A DNA stretch of 64,000 nt from Octopus sinensis (Eukaryota): NCBI RefSeq assembly GCF_006345805.1, contig NC_043009.1, positions 50,716,001-50,780,000 on the forward strand. The letters run 5' to 3'. Below are positions 14,308 through 26,058 of the stretch, piece by piece (position 1 is the first letter of the stretch; each line of letters starts with the position of its first letter). Under the pieces are notes generated by a model. It did no database searches. It was given only the letters and a program-made list of their open reading frames with translations, and was not told the origin of the DNA. Both the position numbers and the translations under genes were made by a program.

Positions 14308-14595
14308 TTAAGCAGATAAGGCTGAAAATGTCGCTAGAAACTGGGATTACCAAGTGTAGATTGGCATATTTCGGTCATATTATGCGGAGAGAATCCCTGG
14401 AGAAGGACATCATGCTCGGAATGGTCAGTGGCAAGAGAGGAAGAGGTCGACCAAGAACCCGCTGGCTTGACACCATCAAGAGTGATACCGGAATGGCCAT
14501 GGCCTGTCTGAAGGAAGCGGCCCAGGATAGAACTGACTGGAGGACATTGATCCAACAAGTGACCGAGAGTCGACTTCGACTGAGCGGATAGAGAG
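14308..14595 (+). mobile_element. 5'-truncated young RTE (BovB-like) LINE 3' end
   Basis: Uninterrupted frame ...RLAYFGHIMRRESLEKDIMLGMVSGKRGRGRPRTRWLDTIK...QDRTDWRTLIQQVTESRLRLSG*, the typical RTE/BovB C-terminus. GC- and CpG-rich relative to flanks. Confidence 0.88.
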
Positions 14596-15838
14596 GGTAT
14601 CACTTTGATTTTGAAGAAGTCTAAAAGAAATATTACCAACGCAGGACTGAAGCCAAGACTTACCTCCAGTGTAACTAAGGAATCCTGTTCAAACACAGCC
14701 CAAAATTAACAAGAAAATCTAGTTCCTTAAGTGATCACCTATGTTAGTTTTAATGCTCTGAGTTTCCACATTCATAGTCTGAGAACACATTATGTTGTCA
14801 CAATCATCTATAACTACAACCATTTATAGCAATAGGCTAATACCCTGAGATGATGAGTAGTGTGCAACTTATTGAATGTCATTGTGACCTACAACTAGCT
14901 GCTACTGATCCCAATATGACCACACCTTACATCCCAGTACTGGCAGAACCATGTAACCACCAAACAGACTAGAGTTATAAATTCTGCTTTGTGAAGTTAT
15001 GCATATCGTACTTTTCTCAATAAATTTGTGTATACTAGTTGCAGAATTATAAATCACTACTGCTAAAAGATTTAAGGGCATTATAAAAGGTTGGTTTTTT
15101 GCTGTTGTTTTTTTTAACAAAATCTGGGCAGGTCACTGCTTTCATCACTTGTAGTTTATTACATAAGAGTGTAGGTGGATTGCTGCTCTTAATGTGTACT
15201 ATAGCATCCGAAACATGATGGTGCTCATTATGAGCTTTCTATTCCTTATAAAGCATACATTAAATATAAGAGGGACTTTTACAAGTATGAAAAACACTAT
15301 GAAGTACTGATGTTATTATGGGTTCAATGTGCTACAAATGTCATTTAGAGAAAGTAATAAAAGCAAGTAGGCAATAATCCTACACCTTTTTATGTGATTA
15401 AAGAGAGAGATACAGACAGAGCACTCTATCCATCATCTGCGCAGATTTTAGTTGAATATGAGAAGGACAGAGTGAATGTTCAGGCATTGGTGTGTCTATG
15501 TATATGAATATATGAGGGAATAGCAGATATGAGTTTTCTAAATATAATTTTCATTATATTGCATATAAATGTGCACCTGTGCATAAGATGTAATACAGAA
15601 TTTTCAAATAAAATGTGTGAACACAAAAAAAAAAAAAATTATATTTATAGTAAAAGTTTATAACATTTGTTAATAACTTATAACAAACACCACATAAAGT
15701 TTCTCACAAAGCAGTCATCTTTATGATTACTCAGCCAGAAACTCAGAGTAATGCCATGGCAAAACTTTAAATAGCAAGTTATCTATACAGCGTAGTCTTA
15801 CATATTTATGTGTATGTGTGTGTCTGTATGTATATGTA

Positions 15839-15874
<36 letters not shown>

Positions 15875-16217
15875 ATTGACTTCTTTTATATATATTTTGT
15901 ATATATGCATGTCTTATTTATTGATAAATCTGCAATGTTCAAAACATTCTCTCTCTCTCTCTCTTTCACACACACACAAACACACAAAAAAAAACTTCCT
16001 CCACAAACTACACATTCAAAAATAGTATTCACCTGAAAACACATCTAAACAAACAACACACACTGACAAGAAAATACAAACGAAACACAAAAGGAAAACA
16101 CAAAACATAAAAGGAAAAATACACAGAAATAGAAAACCAAATAACATTGAAAATTAAAACACTCACCCAAATACAAACAAAAACCACAAACACACACTAT
16201 GCATATATGTCTCGAAA

Positions 16218-16272
16218 CATCTGATGAGGTGCACATGCCTTATGCACCCACGAAACATTAAGTAATGTGGTG
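16218..16272 (+). ncRNA. Degenerate type I hammerhead ribozyme motif (probable Penelope-like relic)
   Basis: CTGATGA-G...stem II GTGCA/TGCAC...C-GAAA, stem III CATT/AATG, U16.1. Cleavage triplet is GUG and stem I is only 3 bp. Confidence 0.45.
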
Positions 16273-17365
16273 CTGAGTCAAACTGTTATAAAATACATGT
16301 AACTTCAACCAAGTGTGATGAGTGCTACTTTCTTACATTTGTTCAGTCACCTCTGTGTGTGCGCGCGTATGTGTGTGTGTGTGTGCATAATAATATGTAT
16401 GTCTGCATAGTGTGTGTGTGCATAATGATGTGCATGTCTGCAGTGTGTGTGTGTGTGTGTGTGTGATGTCAACCAATAGCTTGCTTTGGCCATATTAACA
16501 CTGATCTAATGGCATAAAAAATATATTAAAAAAAGTAGTAAGTGGCAAACTTCTCTGACCACATCAACATTTTCTTTGCTTTTCTTTATACATTTAACAG
16601 ACAGACTAGCACTATACAAATAACACTGTTCTGCCATTACAGAAAAGGATGAGCAAAGATGTGAATACTTTTTCAAGGAGATTCTCAAGCCTATAGAAAA
16701 AGAGTTTATGACCTTAATAGTGCTAGGAAGCATTTCTTAACAATAAAACTGATTTTAAAGCCATTATTGTCTCTTTACTTCTATCACTACTCAATCTCAC
16801 TATTAGGTCACAGCTCCTAATAACAGAACATCACTCAAATGTTGTTATAAGATATCACATCTCTAGTCCACTTTTCTTCCAGTCTACATAATACCACTTC
16901 CGACAAAGAACAATATAAAAAAGAACATGTCATCAATAAATGATATTTCAACATTAACTCCTTACAAAATTTACTTCCAGTTAAACAATTCTGACTAATA
17001 TCTCACAAAAATGTTCACTTGTACACTTTAATACAAAAGCAAAATAAAGGAGCCAAAAAATATAGAAAATAAGAATATAAAAAAAAAGTTCGGAAAAAAT
17101 GGTGGAGGGGGTTCTTTCATATTGTTTTCTATCTTTTAAGAGACTACTTTCTGTGAATAAAAGCTCTCGAAGCACATATCAAGATAGACTAACAAGATGG
17201 TGCAACAGACGACATCTTCCTATTTTTAAGGTTAGCATAAAAGAGTACAATATATTGGTATCTGAGAAGATTGAATACAGGAAAGAGAAAAATTACTAAA
17301 GTTTTTTAAAAAATACGATACACATTTTCATTTTTTTCTTTCTAGTTTTTTTTTTTTTTTTTTAC

Positions 17366-17410
17366 CTGACAGGTATATAGAGATACTTCAACAACAGAAT
17401 CCAGCACCTT
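17366..17410 (-). other. Candidate 45-nt exon (probably 5'UTR)
   Basis: Minus strand: ctatctatttttgtag | AAGGTGCTGG...ACCTGTCAG | GTAAAA, with canonical AG/GT and CAG|GTAA donor. Confidence 0.45.
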
Positions 17411-18229
17411 CTACAAAAATAGATAGTTCCAAATGTCAACATATAGCATAGCTAGAGAAAGAAATTTTCTGGAAAATCTATACGTTGAGCACATACACAT
17501 AAAAAAAACAGTGTACATGTTACATAAAAGGATGTTAGAGTACACATATCATACACATGTGCGCAGACACAGACACATGTGAATAAACATATGTGTATAG
17601 TACTTTATAGTATAGTTATTTAAGATAATGCTTATATGAAGGCATGTATACACGCACACATACACACAGAAAAATGTGTGATAAGATGTGGGTACATATT
17701 TTTTGTTCACTAGGTATAGAGTATAAAAGTTTAAGTCTAAAATTGCAATCATATTTTACATATCTTTTAGCAGAAGTAATATCTTTTAAAAAAATATGTA
17801 TATTTAAATTAAAAGGCAAAAAATGTATAAATATTTAAAAACTTATCTACCCACCTACCATCCTTCAAAACAAGAAATATTTTTAAAAAGTATCAACTGA
17901 AGATATTTCTTCATATGTCCAATGAATTTTTCTTTTCTTTCTTCCCTTTTTGATATCTGTTTTCAATCTATATTTTACTGGAATATTTCATTGCTCTGTA
18001 TTTTTTAAAGCTTACTGCACACAAAATACAGCTTTTATTTTGCTATACTAAAATATCCATTTTGAACACTATCTGTTTCTAACTTCAAACTATTAAACTT
18101 TTCCAAATTGAACACATTTCTTCTCTCATTATTGAACTTGTTGACTCCAATCCCTTTAATAATCTAATTTATTATTATAACCTAGGAATTTCTCCTTAAG
18201 GCTCTCTCAGTCCTTACATAATGATGGTA

Positions 18230-18261
<32 letters not shown>

Positions 18262-18680
18262 GTGTGCTGAAATGGGGAGAAGCTAGCATTTCTTTGAAAT
18301 ATTTCAGGTCTCATCTCAACGCCACTAAATTCAATTAACACTAATTAATTGTAGGAGTTACTTCTAATTCTAGAAATAATATTTCAATGCTTGAAATTGC
18401 AAATCCAGTGTGTTTAGCTCACATTGCATTCAGTGTCTTAACTGTTGATTTTCAGAAGCAGCACTCAGTTTCCTGTTCAGAATATTAGAGCAACAATAAA
18501 GAAAGGCTATTATTTAATAGGAGTTTTATATGAATGGACAACAGTGAAATGGAAAAGAGAGAGAGAGTTGAGAGAAAACTATAATCAGAGAACACGTACA
18601 ATTCTGATGTAGGATATACAACTCCCATGCACAGAAAATAGAGAGAAAGCATTATAAACCAATGTATGTATGATTACTAC

Positions 18681-18773
18681 CTGTGGAATGTAAAAGTTAT
18701 CTCAGAAACAGTGTACGAAATATTTATAATGATTATCAAAAAACTAAATTTCTTTCCATCTTGACGTCTTCAC
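18681..18773 (-). other. Candidate 93-nt non-coding exon
   Basis: Minus strand: ctgtatttatctgcag | GTGAAGACG...TTCCACAG | GTAGTA. Stops in all three frames. Confidence 0.35.
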
Positions 18774-18869
18774 CTGCAGATAAATACAGACATGATGTAT
18801 GAGAGTGCATGAGCGCATGAGTCATTATTTTTGGCTAGTTCCTGCCAACAGCAATCCACATAACTCTTT

Positions 18870-19093
18870 ACTCTCTCTCTCTCTCTCTCTTTTACTTGTT
18901 TCAGTCATTTGACTGCAGCCATGCTGGAGCACCGCCTTTGGTCGAGCAAATCGACCCCGGGACTTATTCTTTGTAAGCCCAGTACTTATTCCATCGGTCT
19001 CTTTTGCCGAACCGCTAAGTTACGGGGATGTAAACACACCAGCACCGGTTGTCAAGCAATGCTAGAGGGACAAACACAGACACACAAACATAT

Positions 19094-19152
<59 letters not shown>

Positions 19153-19318
19153 TACGACAGGCTTCTTTTAGTTTCCATCAACCAAATCCACTCACAAGGC
19201 TTTGGTCGGCCCGAGGCTATAGCAGAAGACACTTGCCCAAGGTGCCACGCAGTGGGACTGAACCCGGAACCATGTGGTTGGTTAGCAAGCTACTTACCAC
19301 ACAGCCACTGCTGCGCCT
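18870..19318 (-). mobile_element. Full-length SINE family A
   Basis: Reverse complement of 7449-7840 with internal (CA)(TA)n. Confidence 0.92.
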
Positions 19319-19474
19319 ATATAACATAATCTTTTTGGTGTAACTTAGGAAAATCTAAGATTCTTGTTTCCAGCCTTCTCAAATCAGGCTTCTGGGGTAG
19401 AAAGGAGCACCGTTGCAAATAGTCTAATAATGACAAATACTTCATAGGTAACATAAATTATGATATAAAGAATT

Positions 19475-19692
19475 TACAAAGGGGCACTGAAAAATTCTTG
19501 GCTTTCGGTAAAAGAAAATACAGGAGGATTAATTAATTATGATTGTATGCAACATATTTCCTTCTCAGATTCACACACTAATTGCAGCTGTCCTTCAGTT
19601 TTTTGCAGCCCTGTAAAAGAACTCAGAAGGTAGGAAACCAGGCCTCTTCTCGATATCCTTAAAGCAAGGAACTTTTCAGCACCTTCCTCATA
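19475..19692. mobile_element. Mariner-type MITE (degenerate)
   Basis: TA-flanked termini TACAAAGGGGCACTGAAAAATTC...GAACTTTTCAGCACCTTCCTCATA; homologous to 34756-34967. Confidence 0.7.
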
Positions 19693-19767
19693 CATCTGAT
19701 AATTATTTTCTTCATTCTGTCCTCTATAATTTGAAAATATATCAGACTATTACAGTTGAAGTTTAAA

Positions 19768-20065
19768 ATCATCATCATCATCATCATCTTCGTTTAGCGC
19801 CTGCTTTCCATGCTAGCATGGGTTGGATGGTTCAACTGAGGTCTGGGAAGCCAAAAGGCTGCACCAGGCCCAGTCTGATCTGGCAATGTTTCTACGGCTG
19901 GATGCCCTTCCTAATGCCAACCACTCCGTGAGTGTAGTGGGTTCTTTTTACGTGCCAGACAAGGCTGGCAAATGGCCATGATCGGATGGTGCTTTTTACA
20001 TGCCACCGGCATGGGGGCCAGGCAAAGCTGGCAACGGCCACAATTGGATGGTGCTTTTTTATGGT
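19768..20065 (-). mobile_element. Retroposon family C
   Basis: (CAT)n followed by the reverse complement of the C 3' end. Confidence 0.85.
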
Positions 20066-20076
20066 ATATTAAATAT

Positions 20077-20184
20077 TTGCCAAATCAGACTGGAGCCTGG
20101 TGTAGCCTTCTGGCTTCCCAGACCCCGGTCGAACCATCCAACCCATGCTAGCATGGAAAACGGACGTTAAACGATGATGATGAT
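20077..20184 (+). mobile_element. Retroposon family C, short 3' fragment
   Basis: TTGCCAAATCAGACTGG...GGACGTTAAACGATGATGATGAT. Confidence 0.85.
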
Positions 20185-21744
20185 ATGTGATGTAATGTAT
20201 AGCAAATAGCAAGCAAGAATTATTACAGAACGTTTGCAATCATTTTGTCAAAAAGCCATAGAGTGAAACATGGATTAAAAATAAGCAATCTCACCACTCT
20301 AGGGAATTTTGTTATGAACAAGGGGCGTGTGTGAGAACTGTGACACATTCTAAAGATGTCAAACAGTCCACACCCATGGCAAGTTATGTTCCATCAATGA
20401 CAAACTAAAAAATTCTACTTCACATAAACAATGTGAACAAATTAAGGAAAACATACAAACATATTCTGTGTACATGAGAATGAATGCTTTACAGAGTAAA
20501 GACATGATTCAAATGAAACTTCAGAAGTCATCTATTGAAAGATATTTGAGAAATTATAAAGCATTTGTTACTTAGTCATTTTGAAATTAGTGGAATTTAG
20601 ACATCATGCATAAATGAATATTTCTGTATATCTGCAATTTACTTGATTACATGTGGCAAAATTTGTGGACCAGATTGTTGATTATCAAATTTTAACTACA
20701 CCAGCATACTTTTTCATTCTAGAATTTCGAATCAAAAGAATATAAAGAACCCAGATATTTAAAAGCCTCGCCAACATTTTAATTTACTTAAGAATAAAAA
20801 AAAATTAAAATTCAAAACATACTGTATATTTATTTATGTATTTAGAAAATACGATTTCTAATTGACTTATACATGAAAGAAAAGCTATTCCAAAATCCTA
20901 CACACACAGGAAATATTTTATTTCCAAATTACAATTACAAAATTATAGTTAATTCAAAACACATTGGAAGTTTCCCTTTATCACTCTGCTTTCTCTCCCC
21001 CTCTTCCTCATAAATAAACAATCAGACTAAGTTCAGTAATGTATGTTACATTACTTTTTAGTTATGGCAAACTCTCCAAAGACTTCACCAATCCTGCCTC
21101 ACAGCAATAAGTGTGTGTGTGTGCGTGTGTGTGAAAATGAATTAATAGCAAGCAAAATCATCCACTAAAAAAAAAAAACAAAAAAATAACAATGTCAGCA
21201 AAGAGTAATGGGTAAGTATTTTAACTCGATGTGCCAGAAGTGGGATTAAATTGCTATGCTGCAAATGAAGGCTGTTGACTAATTATCACTGAAACAGCAT
21301 TGAACAGGAGTGTACTGGAAATATATTATATAGCACACTACACCACACAAACAGCAGTTGAGGCTGGAATTGCCAATACAAGCAGTGTAACATACATGAT
21401 GCAGAGGGCATTAGAAAACATAAGTAAAAATAATTGCGTTGTAATATTAGTCCTCATCATTGTCATTTAACATCTCTGTTCCATGCTGGCATAGGTTGGA
21501 TAGTTTGACAAGATCCAATGGGCCCAAGTACTGCATTGTGTTTGTTTGACAAAGTTTCTGAGGTTAGATGCCCTTCCTAATATCGATTTCAAATTTTGGC
21601 ACAAAGCCAACAAGTCGAAGGGAGAGGGATGAATCAATTACATCAACCCCAACGCTCAACTTGAGCTTATTTTATCAATCCTGAAAGGATGAAAGGCAAA
21701 GTTAACCACAGTGGAATTTGAACTCGGAATGTAAGACAGATGGA

Positions 21745-21890
21745 TTATCATCATCATCATCATCATCGTTTAACGTCCGCTTTCCATGCTAGCATGGGTT
21801 GGACGGTTCAACTGGGGTCTGGCGAGCCCGAAGGCTGCACCAGGCCAGTCAGATCTGGCAGTGTTTCTACAGCTGGATGCCCTTCCTTAC
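21745..21890 (-). mobile_element. Retroposon family C fragment
   Basis: (CAT)n-CGTTTAACGTCCGCTTTCCATGCTAGC...GGATGCCCTTCC. Confidence 0.85.
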
Positions 21891-22109
21891 TGTTAAGTAT
21901 TTTGTCCAGCATGCTAATGATTCCATCACCTAACCACCTTAATGCCCTTCTTGATATCAGCCACTTTATAGTATGTACTGGGTACTTTTTTTTGTACCAC
22001 AAGCACCAGCGAGGAAAACCGACGTTATATGATGCTGAAGATGATGATGATGAGAATGTTAATTTTTTTTAAAAGCGTGTAAGACATTATGAGAGTGTAG
22101 TGTGAGAAC

Positions 22110-22457
22110 ATATGAGGAAGAAAGAAAGAAAGAGAGCGGTTGAAAGAGAGATGGAGAGGGTGAGAGAAAGAGAGGGGAGCTTGTGATGGCGAGAGAGTAA
22201 GAGCTTGAAGGAGGGGAAAGAGAAACAGAGCGTTTCGTTGAGAGTGGGAGAGAGAACTTATGACAGTAAGAGAGAGAGCTTGTGACGGAAAGAGGGGGAG
22301 GAAGAAAGAGGTTCTAACGGTGAGAGAGAGAGAGAGAGGGGGGAAGAGAGAACAGTTGAGAGAGAGAGAGAGAGAGAGAGGGAACTAGAAACAGTGAGAG
22401 GGTGTTAATGATGGTGAGAGAGAACGCGTGACTTAGAGGATGCAAGTGACAGTGTGA

Positions 22458-22501
<44 letters not shown>

Positions 22502-22750
22502 AGGAAAGAAAGGGAGAGAAAGAAAGAAAGTAAGAAAGAAAGGGAGAGAAAGAACGAAAGAAAGAAAGAAAGAAAGGGAGAGAAAGAACGAAAGAAAGAA
22601 AAGGAGAGAGAAAGAAAGAAAGGGAGAGAGAAGGAAACAAAGAAAGAGAGAAAAAGATAAAGAAACTGAGTGAAGGAAAGAAAAAGAAACAGAGTGAAGT
22701 AGAGAGAGAGAGAGATAGGGAGAGAGAGAGAGAAAGAGAAAGCATCTCTT
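22110..22750. repeat. Polypurine (GA/GAAA)n tract
   Basis: About 640 bp strongly purine-biased on the plus strand; source of the 216-aa low-complexity ORF. Confidence 0.9.
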
Positions 22751-23051
22751 TCTCTTTCATCGTATGGAGCGGTGATAGCTTTTGCATGTCTTCGTTTGTG
22801 TGCGCTGTTTTAATATGAGTGCGTGTGCATTCATCCGACTGCGCGCTTCTGTGTTCGTTGGTGGATGTGTAAAGTTTCGTCCATTTGCAAAGGGGGGGGG
22901 AAGCAAGGAGATATAGTACGTTATGCATGTGTGCACATGAACTTTTGTATGCACACCTCTGCATTTGTACATTTGCGCATGCGTATATATTTAAAACAAT
23001 ATATATATATGTATATATATATGTATATATATATATATAAAGACTATTTAC

Positions 23052-23165
23052 TTTTCGTCTATGTGAACAACTTTTTTCATGTGCATATTTTCATATCCGC
23101 AAAAGAGCGCATTCGTCTCCGCTTCAGTGCATATATTCGTAAACACACGATCGAGTTGCTATTTA
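23052..23165 (-). promoter_or_regulatory. Possible first exon / TSS region at the CpG transition
   Basis: CpG-rich unique sequence ending on the minus strand in GAAAA|GTAAAT. It sits where CpG density changes. Weak support. Confidence 0.25.
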
Positions 23166-23375
23166 GCCCCAGGTCAAACCCTAATCAAGTAGGCTTATTA
23201 CTGAAAATCATTCCAATTGCGGCATTTTCATCTGCTTGGGGAAGTAGTAATCAAAAGGCTCACCACAGCGTACAAATGTACCGCAGGTCTTTTAGAATAC
23301 AGGGTGGACTTAAAATCAGGTACTATTTTAATAAAAATGGTTCAATTTATGTTTTTCTTTTGCAACACCTTAGGA

Positions 23376-23594
23376 CAGTGGTTTTCAACCAGGGTTCCGC
23401 GGAACCTTAGGGTTCCGCCAGTACAGTCCAGGGGTTCCGCAAGAAGTTACAAAACTGCTAAAATCGGCAGTAATTTTTAATTCTCCTGTGCAGATATGTG
23501 TGCATAAGACTATTAAATTATTGCACAGGGGGTCCTCGTGCCAGTGGAATGTTTCCTTGGGGTTCCGCTCCAGCAAAAAGGCTGAAAAGCACTG
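23376..23594. mobile_element. hAT (Charlie-like) MITE, 219 bp
   Basis: TIRs CAGTGGTTTTCAACC / GGCTGAAAAGCACTG; perfect 8-bp TSD CCTTAGGA (23368-23375, 23595-23602). A partial copy lies at about 35085-35148. Confidence 0.92.
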
Positions 23595-23929
23595 CCTTAG
23601 GATGAATACAGAAGACTATGCAGCAATTATTGTCAGGGGAATCCAAAGAAGTACAAGGAAATCAGAACTAGTTTGGATAGGAAATCTAACAAAGCAGGAC
23701 CAACAAATAAGACTGTAAAATTTTTGTTTGAGCACCCTATATAACCCCTCATGACTTTTCTATTTTTTAGAATTTTCTGAAAACTTTTGTGCATTTGTGT
23801 TTTACACGCAGGAATTCATACGATTATACAAAAAAGAAAATGTGTGATTTAAGGGTGATTTAGCTGCTATTTTTAGCACACTCACGGCCGTCTGATACCT
23901 TACTCTCTTTCTTTGTTACTCTGACATGA

Positions 23930-24345
23930 TAAGCTGGCAGAATCGTTAGCACGCCGGGTGAAATGCCTAGCGGTATTTCGTCTGTCGTTACGTTCTGAGT
24001 TCAAATTCCGCCGAGGTTGACTTTGCCTTTCATCCTTTCGGGGGTCGATAAATAAAGTACCAGTTATGCACTGGGGTCGATGTAATCGACTTAATCCCTT
24101 TGTCTGCCTTGTTTGTCCCCTCTATGTTTAGCCCCTTGTGGGCAATAAAGATATATAATCGTTAGCACGCCGGGCAAAATGCTTACTCGCATTTCGTCCG
24201 TCTGCACGTTCTGAATTCAAATTCTGCCGTGGTCGACTTTGCTTTTCATTCTTTAGGAGTCGATAAAATAAGTATCGGTTGAGTACTAAGGTTGATATAA
24301 TCGACTTAACACATCCCCGAAATTGCTAGCCTTGCATTAAAATTT
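23930..24345 (+). mobile_element. Two tandem SINE family B copies (second one diverged)
   Basis: B head/core/tail at 23930-24150, restarting at ATCGTTAGCACGCCGGGC (~24158). Confidence 0.85.
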
Positions 24346-24949
24346 GGAGCCAATATTTTTCTTTCCACAAACACTTTAAATGGAATTATGATGCATACAA
24401 AGGTGGGCCATTGCTGGTATTTAAACCAAAATTCGGACTCTGTATTCTAAACTCTGATTTAAAAAGAAAAAATTCGATAAAGAGTGGAATTTTACGATGT
24501 AAGGGGACGCGGAGGGGTTTAAAAAATCAAAAAACATTATTTTTTCTTTTCATAATCGTACGAACTCCGTGTGTAGAACACAAATTCGTCAAAGTTTTCT
24601 GAAAATTCCCCAAAATAAAAAAGTTAAGGTGTGTTATATCGGGTGCTTAAACCAGAATTCCTCCAATGAGACAATACGTAAACGAGTCAACAAATTTAAA
24701 CGAACTGGTTCCAGTTACGTAGTGTAGGTTTTACTCCCGCCCTTAGCCGATCCTTTCCTTAAATTAAACACACCTACGGCAACAGCAAACACACATATAT
24801 AAAGTAGCCAGCACACTCCCTTCTAAACTAGAGGCTGGTTTTGTACATGACGAAAGAAGTAAAACCTCAAGTATATCACAAAATTACGTGAATGCTTTGA
24901 GTAAAATCATTAATGAAAAGCCGAACGAATTGATCCCAGCACTTATTTT

Positions 24950-25230
24950 CTTTTTAAGCCCGCTTCTTATTCTATCGTTCACTTTGACCGAACCGTGGGG
25001 ACGTAAACACACTAACACGGGTTGTCAAGCGGTGGTGCAGGACAAACACAAAGACACAATATATATGTGCGTGCGTGTGTGTGTGAACGACGGGCTTCTT
25101 TCCGTTTCCGTCAACAAATCCACTCATAAGGCATTGGTCGGCCAGAGGCTATACGTAGGAGACACTTGACCAAGATGTCACGTAGTGGGATGAAGCAAGA
25201 AACGTGGTTGAGAAACAAACTTCTTACCAC
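24950..25230 (-). mobile_element. Diverged SINE family A
   Basis: Diverged match to the other A copies. Confidence 0.75.
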
Positions 25231-26058
25231 GCCCGCCACGGCAGCTGTTTTTCGATGTGTTGAACGTACCACTCCTCCCCTATCTTTTTCACGTATCATT
25301 TTTAGAATACCCTGATCCACACCCAAGTCGCTGTCCTTTCCGATTTGATGCCCGTTACTCATTTCCTCGTTTTCCACTTTCACCTTCATATTCATTTTAT
25401 ATCACACCTCTTCGTTTCCCCTCCCCTGTCACATCGTTCCTGCGTTATAATTCCCTCTTCAGTCACAGCCTACAATTTTTTTTTTCCTCTGATCACCCTT
25501 GAATTGCAAGAGCCTGAACCATAAGACTTTCTACAACTCACAATAAACCCCTGGTCTTTTTCAGAAGCACGAAATATTTCATCCGCGCCAAACACTAATC
25601 CTATACGAAAACCAGTTGAGAACCACTATAAAACACTGCTTCTACATTTGGAACAGTGCTGCAACTAGAAGTATAGGTATCTTAGATGGCGTTAAAAAGA
25701 CCACCGAAGTGATAGATATGTACTACTATAAGTAGCCTCTGCTATTCAGAGCTGATCGATCTCGTTTTACCCTGCTTATTCATCTCTCTCTCGTTACTCA
25801 TATCATGTACGTGAACCTCTAACTCCACACTAACCACTTATATAGTCTTTCCTTCTTAGAAGGACAGTCCTCCGGGTAGTGGCGGCTCGTGGCTAAAATT
25901 AGTTGGGGGTGCTGCTTCAGAAAAATTTTAGCCATTGTTTTAATATTGTGTAAAACGAAACACACATATTTAAAAGAAAATTTACACGTAAACTTGATAA
26001 AATCCTAAACGAAAAAATTGCTTTTTCTTATCAATAAATTGTTTCAAGCTTGATCCAT

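Noticed and set aside
12950-14900. Possible very old CR1/L2 LINE fossil hosting the RTE insert (IHFADH near 14215)
   Set aside because: Only a vague FADD-like hint; motifs could not be traced by eye. A profile search is needed.
21192-21217. Plus-strand ATG...G|GTAAGT mini-exon (MSAKSN)
   Set aside because: Perfect donor, but no supporting downstream plus-strand exons; strand skew and the other exon candidates point to the minus strand.
22314-23410. The two longest ORFs (216 aa and 195 aa)
   Set aside because: One spans the GA/GAAA tract; the other spans a TA repeat, a dispersed repeat and a MITE end. Neither resembles a protein family.
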